A stretch of 64,000 bases of DNA. Origin: Candidatus Latescibacterota bacterium (GTDB lineage Bacteria; Latescibacterota; UBA2968; UBA8231). How positions within the stretch are numbered: position 1 is the stretch's first letter; each line of letters begins with the position of its first letter. The stretch is taken from assembly GCA_964291625.2 (NCBI GenBank), contig OZ220089.1:1-64000 (forward strand). The letters are read 5' to 3'. The notes under the pieces were generated by a model. That model ran no database searches. It saw only the letters and a program-made list of their open reading frames with translations, and was not told where the DNA came from. The position numbers and the translations under genes are program-made. Of this stretch, positions 55,518-64,000 are shown in pieces.

Positions 55518-56963
55518 TCACCCGGCGGCCGCCACGCCCCGCCTCTCTTCGAGCTGCCTGCGGACCTGGTAGGCCTTCTCCTCGGTCAGGGTGTGGGTGG
55601 CGATCGCCCAGATGGCCAGCGCCGAGGTGACCATGGGCACGACCACGTCGAAGAGGCGCATGAGGAAGATGGTGCGCGCCGTCTGCGCCCCCTCGAGGGC
55701 GACGTCGAAGCCGGTGGCGTTGAGCAGCACGCCGCCGCCGGCCAGGGCCAGGGCCATGCCCAGCTTGACCACCCACCAGAAGATGGAGCCGAACATGCCC
55801 TCGCGGCGCTCGTGGGTCTCCAGCTCGTCGAGGTCGCAGACGTCGGCGATCATCGACGGCATGACGGTGAACAGGCAGCCGAGGCCGAAGGCCATGAAGG
55901 GGGTGGGCAGCAGCAGCAGCAGCGGATGGGCCGGGTCGTAGCAGACCCACTTCAGCCCGTAGCCGAGGATGGAGACGCCGATGCACAGGTAGAAGGTCTG
56001 GCGCTTGCCGATGTGGGTGCCCAGCCAGGTCACCAGGGCGATGACCACGAAGGTCGACGCCGCCGCCAGGGTGCCGGACCAGCCCGCGTATTGAGCGCCC
56101 AGGGACTGGTCCCCGGAGAACACGTAGTAGATGATGACGTAGGCCTGGAAGGAGGAGACCAGGATGAAGCCGTTGAAGACCAGGAAGGTGGCGGCGCAGA
56201 GCTTGAGGAAGGGCCGGAACCTCAGGGTGGCCAGGAAGCCGCTGAAGAACTGTTCCATGCTGCGGCGGAATCCGGAGCCCGCGCCGTCGGCCTCGGCGGC
56301 GGCGACCTCCTTGTAGCGCTCGCGCAGGAGGATCGCCGGCAGCACCCCGATGGCGATGGTGAACAGGCCGATCGCCACCGACAGGCCGGCGGCCCCGGCC
56401 ACCAGGTCGTCGAAGAGAGGCTCGTACTTCATGACCCACAGGAACCACGGGGTCACCACGTAGGCGAGCTGGCCGATGAAGTTCTGCACCCCCATGAGGC
56501 GGGTGCGCTCGTGGTAGTCCGGGGTCAGCTCGTAGCCGAGGGCGACCCAGGGCGTGGCGAAGATCGTGTACCCGAGGTAGAACAGGAGCGAGCCGACGAG
56601 GAAGTAGACGAAGTAGAAGCCCTCGCTCTGGCCGCGGGGCAGCTGCCACAACAGGATGAAGAGCAGGCCGGCGCCGATCGCCCCGGCGAAGATCCAGGGC
56701 CGGCGCCGCCCCCACCGCGACCGGGTGTGGTCGGTGATGTAGCCCATGAGGGGGTCGGTGAGGGCGTCGGTCAGGCGGGGCAGGGCGCCGAGGAGGCCCA
56801 CGAGGGCGGGGTTCATGCCCAGGCCCAGGTTGAGGACGATGGTCATGCCGCCGATCGCCCCGGCGAGGAGGTTGTTGACGAAGGCGCCGAGGCCGTAGGC
56901 CACCTTCTGGAAGAAGGGGATCCGGTCTTCGGGCGCCGTGTGGTAGTGACGCTCGGGGCTCAT
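55518..56963 (-). CDS. GPH-family (MelB-like) MFS sugar:cation symporter
   Basis: DALTDPLMGYITD...WGRRRPW; ELTPDYHERT; MIADVCD...RREGMF. Confidence 0.9.
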   Translation of the reverse strand: MSPERHYHTAPEDRIPFFQKVAYGLGAFVNNLLAGAIGGMTIVLNLGLGMNPALVGLLGALPRLTDALTDPLMGYITDHTRSRWGRRRPWIFAGAIGAGLLFILLWQLPRGQSEGFYFVYFLVGSLLFYLGYTIFATPWVALGYELTPDYHERTRLMGVQNFIGQLAYVVTPWFLWVMKYEPLFDDLVAGAAGLSVAIGLFTIAIGVLPAILLRERYKEVAAAEADGAGSGFRRSMEQFFSGFLATLRFRPFLKLCAATFLVFNGFILVSSFQAYVIIYYVFSGDQSLGAQYAGWSGTLAAASTFVVIALVTWLGTHIGKRQTFYLCIGVSILGYGLKWVCYDPAHPLLLLLPTPFMAFGLGCLFTVMPSMIADVCDLDELETHERREGMFGSIFWWVVKLGMALALAGGGVLLNATGFDVALEGAQTARTIFLMRLFDVVVPMVTSALAIWAIATHTLTEEKAYQVRRQLEERRGVAAAG

Positions 56964-57802
56964 TCCCCGGCTCGCTGGTAGACGCGCACGTAGTCGACGA
57001 GCATCCTCCGCGGGAAGGGGGTGGAGGCGTCGGGATCGCCGGCGAACCAGCCCCCCACGGCGACGTTGAGGAGGATGAAGAAGGGGTGGTCGAAGACCCA
57101 GTCGGCGCCCGAAGGCAGGTCGGCGGGGGTCACCTCGTGGAACTGGAAGTCGTCGACGTACCAGCGGATCCGGTGCGGCTCCCAGTCCACGGCGAAGAGG
57201 CGGAAGCGCCCCGCCAGGCCGCCGACGATGGCGGCCTCCGTGCCCAGGCCGCCGCCTCCGGAGTAGCCGGGCCCGTGGACGGTGCCCGCCACCACCGCCG
57301 GATGCTGGCCGCGGAACTCCATGACGTCGATCTCGCCGCAGGCGGGCCACCCGGCGGAGTCGATGTCGTTGCCGAGAAGCCAGAAGGCCGGCCAGATCCC
57401 CTGCCCTTCCGGCAGCTGGATGCGCGCCTCGAAGCGGCCGTACGCCGCCTCGAAGAGCCCCTGGGTCTTGATCCGCGCCGACGTGTAGCCGTTGCCGCCG
57501 AAGCTCTCCCGCCGGGCGACGATGGCCAGGCGGCCCTCGCCGTCGAGGGCCGCGTTCTCCGGGCGGTCGGTGTTGTGCTCGAGCTGCCCGTTGCCCCAGC
57601 CGTGTCCGCCCACGTCGAAGCGCCAGCGCCCCGGGTCGGGGAGGGTGCCCGCCGGGCCCTCGAACTCGTCGGACCAGACCAGCTCGAGGGCGGCGTCGCC
57701 GCCGCCGGTGTCGGACGGACTGGAGCTGCCGCCGCAGGCCGACAGGACGGCGGCGACGGCGAGGACGGGGTACCTGCGGACCATGGTCATCGTCGCGCGC
57801 AC
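56960..57802 (-). CDS. GH16 endo-beta-1,3-glucanase (laminarinase) lipoprotein
   Basis: LSAC lipobox; WSDEF, YTSARI, WPAFWLLG, catalytic EIDVME, LLNVAVGG. Confidence 0.93.
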   Translation of the reverse strand: MRATMTMVRRYPVLAVAAVLSACGGSSSPSDTGGGDAALELVWSDEFEGPAGTLPDPGRWRFDVGGHGWGNGQLEHNTDRPENAALDGEGRLAIVARRESFGGNGYTSARIKTQGLFEAAYGRFEARIQLPEGQGIWPAFWLLGNDIDSAGWPACGEIDVMEFRGQHPAVVAGTVHGPGYSGGGGLGTEAAIVGGLAGRFRLFAVDWEPHRIRWYVDDFQFHEVTPADLPSGADWVFDHPFFILLNVAVGGWFAGDPDASTPFPRRMLVDYVRVYQRAGE

Positions 57803-57842
57803 GGAGGGTGTCGGTATCCGGGACGTGCCGTGGCCCGAGGGT

Positions 57843-59006
57843 CTAGTCGGAGAGGAAGACGCCGTCGACGAGGACGAAGTCGCCGGCCGCCGCCTTCGGG
57901 CCGGTCAGCGACAGGGGCGAGGTCACCGCGGTCAGGTCCAGCCCCTTGGCGGCGAAGTCGGCCAGGGGAATCGCCAGGGAGTGCCACTCCCCGTCGGCGG
58001 CGTACCCGTAGTCGGCGGCGAGCACGAAGTGGCGGTCGTCCGAGGCCCCGTTCATGCCGACCTCGATGACGGCCAGGCTCTCGGAGCGGAAGCTCACGTG
58101 CAGGGCCGTCCAGCCCGACAGGTCCCGGGGATCGCTCCAGTGCACGCCCATCCCCCACCATTCGCCGCCGGCGTGGACCAGCCGGTGCGCCGCCTGCCCC
58201 TCCAGGGCCTCGTCCGTCTCCTGCACCGAGACCGTGTTGTCGTAGAGGAACAGGTTCGCCGTGGCGTTGTCGATCTCCACCATCTCCGACGAGGGGCCCT
58301 CGTAGAACACGCCGATGCTCAGGCGGCGGCCGGCGTCCGCCGTGGCCGTGCTCCCCGGCGTCAGGTCGAAGTAGAGGTTGTCGATGAGGACGAAGTCGCC
58401 GGCCTCCGACTTCGGACCTCCCAGGGACAAGGGCGAGGTCACCGCCGCCAGGTCCAGCCCCCGGGCGGCGAAGTCGGCCAGGGGGATCTGCAGGCTGTGC
58501 CACTCCCCGTCGGCGGCGTACCCGTAGTCGCTGGCCCGCACGGCGTGACGGTCGTCGGCCGCCCCGTTGAGGCCGATCTCGACCTCGGCCAGGCTCTCGG
58601 AGCGGAAGCTGACGTGCAGCGACGCCCATCTGGACAGGTCCCGGGGGCTGCTCCAGTGCACGCCCATCCCCCACCAGTCGCCGCCGGCGTGGACCAGGCG
58701 GTGCGCCAGGCGCCCCTCCAGGGGCTCGCCCACCTCCTCCACCGAGACCGTGCTCTCGTAGAGGTAGAGGTGCGCCGTGGAGTTGTCGATCTCCACCAGC
58801 TCCGACGAGCCCCCCTCGTAGAAGACGCCCACGCTCAGGCGCTGCTCGCCGGGCTCGAAGGGATCCGGCCCCGGCAGTCCGGCCTCCTCCCCGCCGTCGG
58901 GGCTCACCGCCAGGTCGAAGCTCTCCTGGGACTCGTAGTCGGCGTCGTCCAGCCCCGACCGGCAGGCGGCCAGCAGGACGAGCAGCGCCAGGCTCCAGCG
59001 GGTCAT
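57843..59006 (-). CDS. Lipoprotein with two tandem CBM-like (galactose-binding fold) domains
   Basis: LAAC lipobox; duplicated ~157-aa unit LSxGVFYEG...WWGMGVHWS...DGEWHSLxIPLADF...DFVLxD. Confidence 0.8.
   Translation of the reverse strand: MTRWSLALLVLLAACRSGLDDADYESQESFDLAVSPDGGEEAGLPGPDPFEPGEQRLSVGVFYEGGSSELVEIDNSTAHLYLYESTVSVEEVGEPLEGRLAHRLVHAGGDWWGMGVHWSSPRDLSRWASLHVSFRSESLAEVEIGLNGAADDRHAVRASDYGYAADGEWHSLQIPLADFAARGLDLAAVTSPLSLGGPKSEAGDFVLIDNLYFDLTPGSTATADAGRRLSIGVFYEGPSSEMVEIDNATANLFLYDNTVSVQETDEALEGQAAHRLVHAGGEWWGMGVHWSDPRDLSGWTALHVSFRSESLAVIEVGMNGASDDRHFVLAADYGYAADGEWHSLAIPLADFAAKGLDLTAVTSPLSLTGPKAAAGDFVLVDGVFLSD
57849..58839. repeat. Intragenic tandem duplication (two units of ~470 bp)
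   Basis: Near-identical blocks such as GCTCCAGTGCACGCCCATCCCCCACCA, GCCAGGCTCTCGGAGCGGAAGCT and GTGCCACTCCCCGTCGGCGGCGTACCCGTAGTCG occur in both units. Confidence 0.85.
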
Positions 59007-59560
59007 CGCCTCACCGCCTTCTGGTTGCCGTCGGGGTCCTGGACCAGCAGCCAGCCGCCGGTGGGGGTCCCGCCGAGGTCGAGGATGCCGAGGTAGGCCG
59101 CGGTCACCAGCTCGAAGGAGAAGGTGCCGGTGGCGTCCCAGCTGGCCGCGTCGGGGAAGTGGTCGAGGACGGACTGGAAGGCGGCCAGGGCCATGTCGCG
59201 CACCCGGGGCAGGTCCTCCTGCCGGGCCAGGCCCTTCGACCAGATCCGGCCGAGGTTGAGGGCCACGTAGTACTGGTGCTCGCCGGTGGGCTGGTTGGCC
59301 AGCCAGGTGGCCCAGCTGTAGTAGGCGGCCACGTGGTTCCCCGTGCTCTGGATGTCCCACTTGGTCTCCGGGCCGCTGGAGGCCCGGGCGAAGGGGTTGT
59401 TCGGGTCGTCGAGGACGGCCTTGCTCGGGTGGATGCCGGCGCTCTCGTCGTGGACCGCCAGGGGCGCGTCGCCCAAGGGGCTGCCGTAGACCAAGGGACC
59501 CGGCTCGGAACAGCCGGCCGCCAGCAGAGCCAGCAGGGGGATGGCGCTCGTCGGCTTCAT
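59003..59560 (-). CDS. Hypothetical lipoprotein of the beta-glucan locus
   Basis: AAGC lipobox; GIHPSKAVLDDPNNPFA; helical C-terminus; translationally coupled to the downstream gene. Confidence 0.7.
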   Translation of the reverse strand: MKPTSAIPLLALLAAGCSEPGPLVYGSPLGDAPLAVHDESAGIHPSKAVLDDPNNPFARASSGPETKWDIQSTGNHVAAYYSWATWLANQPTGEHQYYVALNLGRIWSKGLARQEDLPRVRDMALAAFQSVLDHFPDAASWDATGTFSFELVTAAYLGILDLGGTPTGGWLLVQDPDGNQKAVRR

Positions 59561-59567
59561 GGTCGCC

Positions 59568-62500
59568 TCACAGTCCGACGTGGACGTAGAGGCCGACCTC
59601 GACCTCGGCGCCGGTGGCTCCGGGATCGCCGGGGTCGGCCACGTACTCGGGTGAGTGCTCGTCGAGGGTGCGCACCTGGGCCCGCAGGCCGAAGCGCGTC
59701 GAGGCGCCCTCCAGGCCGGCTGGCTTCAGCCCGTACGAGACGTCGCCGTACCACTGGAGCGGGTAGGTCAGGTTGAAGTCCCGGTGGAAGTCGTACGGCC
59801 CCCAGTCGTCGAGGCGCAGACGGGTGCGGGCGTCGACGGTGTGCCACCACAGGCGCAGGTCGCCGCCGTAGCGGCGGACCCGCCGCGGGTCGTCGCCGCG
59901 GGGCTCGCCTTCGCCGGCGAGGAGGGTGGTCGCCAGGCGCAGGTCGCGGCCGGGGTTGTGGACCGTGTGCAGCTTCGCCTCCCACTCGTCGGCGGCCGGC
60001 GGCGCCTCCCCGAAGGGCACGACGGCGCCGTTGGCCAGGGTGAAGGTGTGGGCGTCCCGGCGTTCCTCGTGGCGCCGGTACCACAGGTCCAGGGCGGCGA
60101 CGAAGGGGGCGTCCTCGCGGATGTCGCGGTCCCAGGTGTGGAACCAGGTACCCGGCGTCGGATCGTAGACCAGCAGCAGCTCGCCGGCCACGGTCTCGCG
60201 GTTGTCGAGCACGACGAAGGGGTCGTCGAGCACGTTCCGCGGCCGCACCGCCGGGTAGTAGAGGCCGGTGCGGGTGCTGTAGTGGTCGTCGATGCGCGGG
60301 TTGGCGGGCAGGATCGGCTGCTGGTAGAGGACCTGCGGGGAGATCTCCAGCAGGCCCAGGCGGTACGACGCGCCCGACGAGAGGGCCCAGTGGTTGCCGC
60401 GGCCGCTCTCCTTGAGCGACCAGCCGGTGAGCAGGGTGGCGCCCGGGTAGCCGCCGTCGGCGACGATGCCCTGCAGGCTGCCCTGGCCGTACCAGCGCGC
60501 GGCGCCCTCCCAGGTCAGGCGCAGGCGCCCGCCGAAGGTGTCCCCCCACTTCACCTCGTCGTCGATCACCTCCCAGCCGGAGTCGAGGTAGCCGCGGCCC
60601 GAGGTCTCCCGGACCCAGGTGAAGGGGTCGCCGACCTTGGTCGAGCCGGAGAAGATGCCGCCCACCTCCAGGGTCAGGGGCTTCGCGTCCCGGGCGACGT
60701 AGAGGGTGGTGCGGCGGTTGAGCGGCTCGGGCACGGCGAAGCTGGTCTGCGCTCCCGAGGCTTCCGCCAGGTCCTCGTGGTGGACGACCGACCAGCGCCA
60801 GCCGCCCCCCTCGCGGGAGTACTTGGCCAGCACCGCGGGGTTGGCCCCCCACCACAGCTCCGGTCCGACGGCGATCTTCCAGCCCTCCCAGGGCCCCTTG
60901 CCGGCGATCTCGAAGCCGTTCGGCGCCTGGCCGTTGTAGGTGTCGAGGTTGGGCCCGTAGTTGGCCTCCGGATAGAGGCCGAAGAAGTCGCCCTCGTAGC
61001 CCCAGTGGAAGTGGCCGGTGCGGAAGAAGCCCTCGACCGTGAAGCGCGGCCGCTCGATGGTGAAGTCGGCCGAATAGACGGCGAAGCGGTCGACCACCTC
61101 CCGGGGCTCACGGGAGGGCGCCTCGCCCGCCGCCGGCACGACCCGCTTCAGGGCGCGGTTCTCGTAGAAGATGTTGTCGAGGCGGTTCTGGCCCACGGCG
61201 CCGACGCCGTGCAGGGAGAGGCTGCCGCGCAGGTCGCCGCTGGCGATCTCGAAGTCGGTCCAGAAGGACTCGGTGTGGCCGAACCTCCCTCCCGGGCCGC
61301 GCTCGGTGCGCTCGTCGCCGTCGCTGATGCTCGACTCGTAGCGCATGCGCACGTCGCCGAGGCGCACGGCGCCCAGCCGCTTCACCTCGTCGAGGGCGCG
61401 GCCGGTGGCGTAGCGGTGGGAGTAGTCGGAGAGGCGGATCTCGCCGAAGCTCCGGCGGATGGCGTCGACCGTCGTCGTGCCGGCGTAGGGGTCCAGGCGG
61501 AAGGCGCGCTGCAGGACGTAGTAGGCGGTGCGCGGCGTCACCGGGATGAAGCCCCGGCCGTCGGAGGGCCCCTTGGCCGCGATCCCCCACCACTCCTCGT
61601 TCATGTTGTTGCGCCCCTCCACGAAGTCGTGGACGTAGGCGCCCGTCGCCCAGCTGGCGTTGGTGTCGTGGACGTCGAGGTTCTCCTCCTGGCGGAACTT
61701 CCACCAGCCGTCCGACCACTGGAAGATGAAGCCCCCCAGGGCGGTGCCGGCGCCGCCCTTGCCGTAGGACTGCTCGTAGATCTCCCGCCACTGGCCGAGG
61801 AGGTAGCCGGCCTGGGCCACGTCGTCCTCTCGGTCGCGCTTCGCGTCCCAGGCGTCGGCGCCGAACTCGGTGTAGACGAAGGGCACGCCCATCTCGTCGC
61901 GGACGCGCTGGAAGAGGTCGCCGCTGCTGACCCCGCGGTAGACGTTGGCACCCATGATGTCCACGTCGGCGCAGGTCCGGGCGATGACGTCGAGATAGTT
62001 GATGTCGCCGTTGGCCAGGGCCACCGGGTGGCGGTGGTCGAGGCCCTTGATCAGGGTCGCCCCCTCCCCCATCAGCGTGTACAGGTACTCGGCCCGCGGA
62101 TCGTCGGCCTCCTCGGGCAGGTCCTCGATCTCGAAGCTGGTCCACGACAGCCCGTAGTTGTTCTCGTTGCCGAGGAGGTACATCAGCACCCCCCGGGTCT
62201 CCTTGTAGGCCTCGACCGTCCTCTCCAGGTCCGCCAGGATCGCCCGCCGCGTGGTCTCGTCTCCGTAGTCGGTCTCCGGCACGAAGCGGCCGTTCACCTC
62301 GAAGCCGTAGCGCCCCATCAGGTGATTGACGGCGGTCATGATGCCGTAGCGGTCGTAGATGTGCTCCACCCAGCGGGGCGGGATCTCGGAGAACAGGCGG
62401 ATGGCGTTGACGCCCATGTCGCGGAGCATGGACATCTCGGCGTCGAGGGCCTCGACGATGAACTCGTCGGACTGTTCCCACAGGGAGTAGCGGTAGTTCT

Positions 62501-62684
62501 CGCCCACGGGGATGTAGCCCCAGTTCATGCCGAAGACCATGAAGTCCTCGCCGTCGACCTGGAGCTTCCAGCCGCGATCGTCCTCCACGAGGACCACCTC
62601 GTTCGCCTGCGCCTGCGCCCGGGGGGCGGCCCCGGCGAGCAGGGCCGGGAGCAGGAAGGCGGAGAGGAGCCGCAGGGCCGTCAT
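59568..62684 (-). CDS. Clan GH-A (GH2-like) TIM-barrel protein fused to a probable C-terminal outer-membrane beta-barrel
   Basis: GMNWGYIPVGENY, MGVNAIR, LGNENNY (acid/base), YTEFGAD (nucleophile), FQWSDGWWK; then ~550 aa of aromatic amphipathic strands ending VEVGLYVHVGL. Confidence 0.75.
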   Translation of the reverse strand: MTALRLLSAFLLPALLAGAAPRAQAQANEVVLVEDDRGWKLQVDGEDFMVFGMNWGYIPVGENYRYSLWEQSDEFIVEALDAEMSMLRDMGVNAIRLFSEIPPRWVEHIYDRYGIMTAVNHLMGRYGFEVNGRFVPETDYGDETTRRAILADLERTVEAYKETRGVLMYLLGNENNYGLSWTSFEIEDLPEEADDPRAEYLYTLMGEGATLIKGLDHRHPVALANGDINYLDVIARTCADVDIMGANVYRGVSSGDLFQRVRDEMGVPFVYTEFGADAWDAKRDREDDVAQAGYLLGQWREIYEQSYGKGGAGTALGGFIFQWSDGWWKFRQEENLDVHDTNASWATGAYVHDFVEGRNNMNEEWWGIAAKGPSDGRGFIPVTPRTAYYVLQRAFRLDPYAGTTTVDAIRRSFGEIRLSDYSHRYATGRALDEVKRLGAVRLGDVRMRYESSISDGDERTERGPGGRFGHTESFWTDFEIASGDLRGSLSLHGVGAVGQNRLDNIFYENRALKRVVPAAGEAPSREPREVVDRFAVYSADFTIERPRFTVEGFFRTGHFHWGYEGDFFGLYPEANYGPNLDTYNGQAPNGFEIAGKGPWEGWKIAVGPELWWGANPAVLAKYSREGGGWRWSVVHHEDLAEASGAQTSFAVPEPLNRRTTLYVARDAKPLTLEVGGIFSGSTKVGDPFTWVRETSGRGYLDSGWEVIDDEVKWGDTFGGRLRLTWEGAARWYGQGSLQGIVADGGYPGATLLTGWSLKESGRGNHWALSSGASYRLGLLEISPQVLYQQPILPANPRIDDHYSTRTGLYYPAVRPRNVLDDPFVVLDNRETVAGELLLVYDPTPGTWFHTWDRDIREDAPFVAALDLWYRRHEERRDAHTFTLANGAVVPFGEAPPAADEWEAKLHTVHNPGRDLRLATTLLAGEGEPRGDDPRRVRRYGGDLRLWWHTVDARTRLRLDDWGPYDFHRDFNLTYPLQWYGDVSYGLKPAGLEGASTRFGLRAQVRTLDEHSPEYVADPGDPGATGAEVEVGLYVHVGL

Positions 62685-62694
62685 CGGATCAACC

Positions 62695-63648
62695 CTACCT
62701 GGCCAGGACCACGCGGTGCGTTCGGGTGAACCCGCCGGCGGTCATCCGGTAGATGTAGACGCCGCTGCCCACGGGGGAACCGCCGTCGTCGAAGGCGTCC
62801 CAGGTGGCGGCATACTCCCCGGCGGCGTGGAACCCGCTCACCAGGGTCCGCACCTTCTGGCCCAGACTGTTGTAGACGGCCAGCTCGACGCCGCCGGCGT
62901 CCGGCACGGTGAAGTGGATGGTGGTGGCGGGGTTGAAGGGGTTGGGATAGGCCAGTCCGAGACTCCAGGCGGCGGGCACCTCCGACAGCCTCTCCACGGC
63001 CGTCGGCGCCTCGGGGGGGCCGCTGGTGAAGACGATGTCGTCGAAGTCGACGAGGACGTCCGTCGCCTCGCCGCCCTCGACGCCGGAGATGACGATGACG
63101 ACCTCGTCCACGGGGCCGTCGAAGGTGCCGTCGCCGCCGGTCTGCAGGTCGGTCAGGGATCCCAGGGGCGCGCTGACCTGCCGCCAGGTGTCGTCCGCGT
63201 CGGACTGCTCGAAGGAGAGGATGTGCTGGAAGGAGTCGTCCTCCCCCTCCTCGTAGCCCTCGCCGTCGGTGTCCTCGCGGACGGTGATCTCCACGGAAAA
63301 GCGGTCGACGGTGGTGCCGGTCTGGACCAGCACCCACAGGCTCAGCCAGGGATCGTCGGGCAGGGCGAGCTGCCCGTCCTCGGGGAGGTTGCGGAAGAAC
63401 CCGCCGTAGAACACGCTCTCGCTGCCGGCGCCGCCCCAGCCCGTGTCCAGGTACCAGGAGCCCTGCGCCGGCCGGTCGCTGGCCGGGCCGCCGCCGCCGC
63501 CGGCGGCGTTGCCGCCGAAGAAGATCCAGTCCGAGACATCGCCGTCCTCGAAGTCGTCGAAGGTCACCTGCCCCTGGGCGACTCCGGTCCCGAAAAGCAG
63601 CAGCGCGACGGTCAGCGCTCCTGAGCTGGCCAGCACGGAACTTCTCAT
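62695..63648 (-). CDS. Secreted CBM-like (CBM11-type) protein with FlgD/T9SS-like C-terminal domain
   Basis: Signal peptide ending AQG; FDDFEDG...WRQVSAPL...VDFDDIVF; TAVE...AYPNPFNPATTI...VYNSLGQKVRTL...GSGVYIYRM. Confidence 0.8.
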   Translation of the reverse strand: MRSSVLASSGALTVALLLFGTGVAQGQVTFDDFEDGDVSDWIFFGGNAAGGGGGPASDRPAQGSWYLDTGWGGAGSESVFYGGFFRNLPEDGQLALPDDPWLSLWVLVQTGTTVDRFSVEITVREDTDGEGYEEGEDDSFQHILSFEQSDADDTWRQVSAPLGSLTDLQTGGDGTFDGPVDEVVIVISGVEGGEATDVLVDFDDIVFTSGPPEAPTAVERLSEVPAAWSLGLAYPNPFNPATTIHFTVPDAGGVELAVYNSLGQKVRTLVSGFHAAGEYAATWDAFDDGGSPVGSGVYIYRMTAGGFTRTHRVVLAR

Positions 63649-63695
63649 GTTCGGTCTCCTGACTTCGGTCGATGGTGGGAACCGGTGTGGTTGAA

Positions 63696-63711
63696 TGCAA
63701 TTCCCGGGCCA
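63696..63711 (-). promoter_or_regulatory. Sigma54 (-24/-12) promoter of the beta-glucan locus
   Basis: Minus strand TGGC-CCGGGAA-TTGCA about 48 nt upstream of the ATG at 63648. Confidence 0.8.
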
Positions 63712-63886
63712 CGAGCCGTGGAAACCACCGGGACAGACCGCAACTCCTTGCTTCTCAAGGAGATAGACCGCACGGTCCGAAGCCTGGGACGACGGTCGGC
63801 TCGTGAAGCCAAGGGAGCGACATGTCACCCCGGTGGCCTCGACCCGGAGCGTATCATGCTGATTGCCTTGGGCTTACGGTAGAAAT

Positions 63887-63917
63887 GAGCGATATATCGC
63901 TCGGCGCGAAATATCGC
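63887..63917. promoter_or_regulatory. Tandem palindromic upstream activator sequences
   Basis: Perfect palindrome GAGCGATATATCGCTC (63887-63902) plus imperfect copy GCGAAATATCGC (63906-63917), about 180-200 nt upstream of the sigma54 promoter. Confidence 0.6.
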
Positions 63918-63921
63918 TCCC

Positions 63922-64000
63922 TCAGCGGGGCCGCTCCAGGCCCAGCTTCTTCATGCGGCTGCGCAGGGTGGAGGGAGGCAGGCCGAGGGCCTCGGCCGCC
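63922..64000 (-). CDS. 3' end of a sigma54 enhancer-binding protein (NtrC/FhlA-type HTH)
   Basis: AAEALGLPPSTLRSRMKKLGLERPR*, the typical Fis-type C-terminal HTH. Confidence 0.75.
   Translation of the reverse strand, partial: AAEALGLPPSTLRSRMKKLGLERPR

Overview
Very GC-rich bacterial DNA, densely coding and mostly on the minus strand. Gene style suggests an FCB-superphylum organism such as Ca. Latescibacterota (inference from FlgD/T9SS-like C-terminal domains, ASPIC/UnbV proteins and sulfatases). The centrepiece is an ~18 kb co-oriented envelope operon (8181-26500). In transcription order it encodes: a secreted FlgD-CTD protein followed by a terminator, a discoidin+FlgD protein, three ~900-aa paralogues with acidic Ca-binding-type repeats and beta-strand-rich ends, a 1082-aa TPR protein, a DUF4159 protein with a TonB-type SxxxH anchor, and a lipoprotein with a TonB-C/AgmX-like domain. 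About 3 kb upstream lies an ExbB-ExbD-ExbD motor with no adjacent TonB; one ExbD has Asn at the canonical proton-binding Asp. Together these may form an undescribed PMF-driven trans-envelope machine. Other content: an imelysin/di-heme/porin iron locus with a sigma70 promoter and operator palindrome; a sigma54-driven pspA-TM2-CBM9 operon; a temptin-like CxxCH protein; NatAB; nagA; trmH; SRAP; and a sigma54-driven beta-1,3-glucan locus containing a GH-TIM-barrel/beta-barrel fusion. The first ~4.5 kb has many frameshifts, probably sequencing errors. No rRNA, tRNA, CRISPR array or mobile element was seen. Domain calls come from motif recognition by eye, not database searches.
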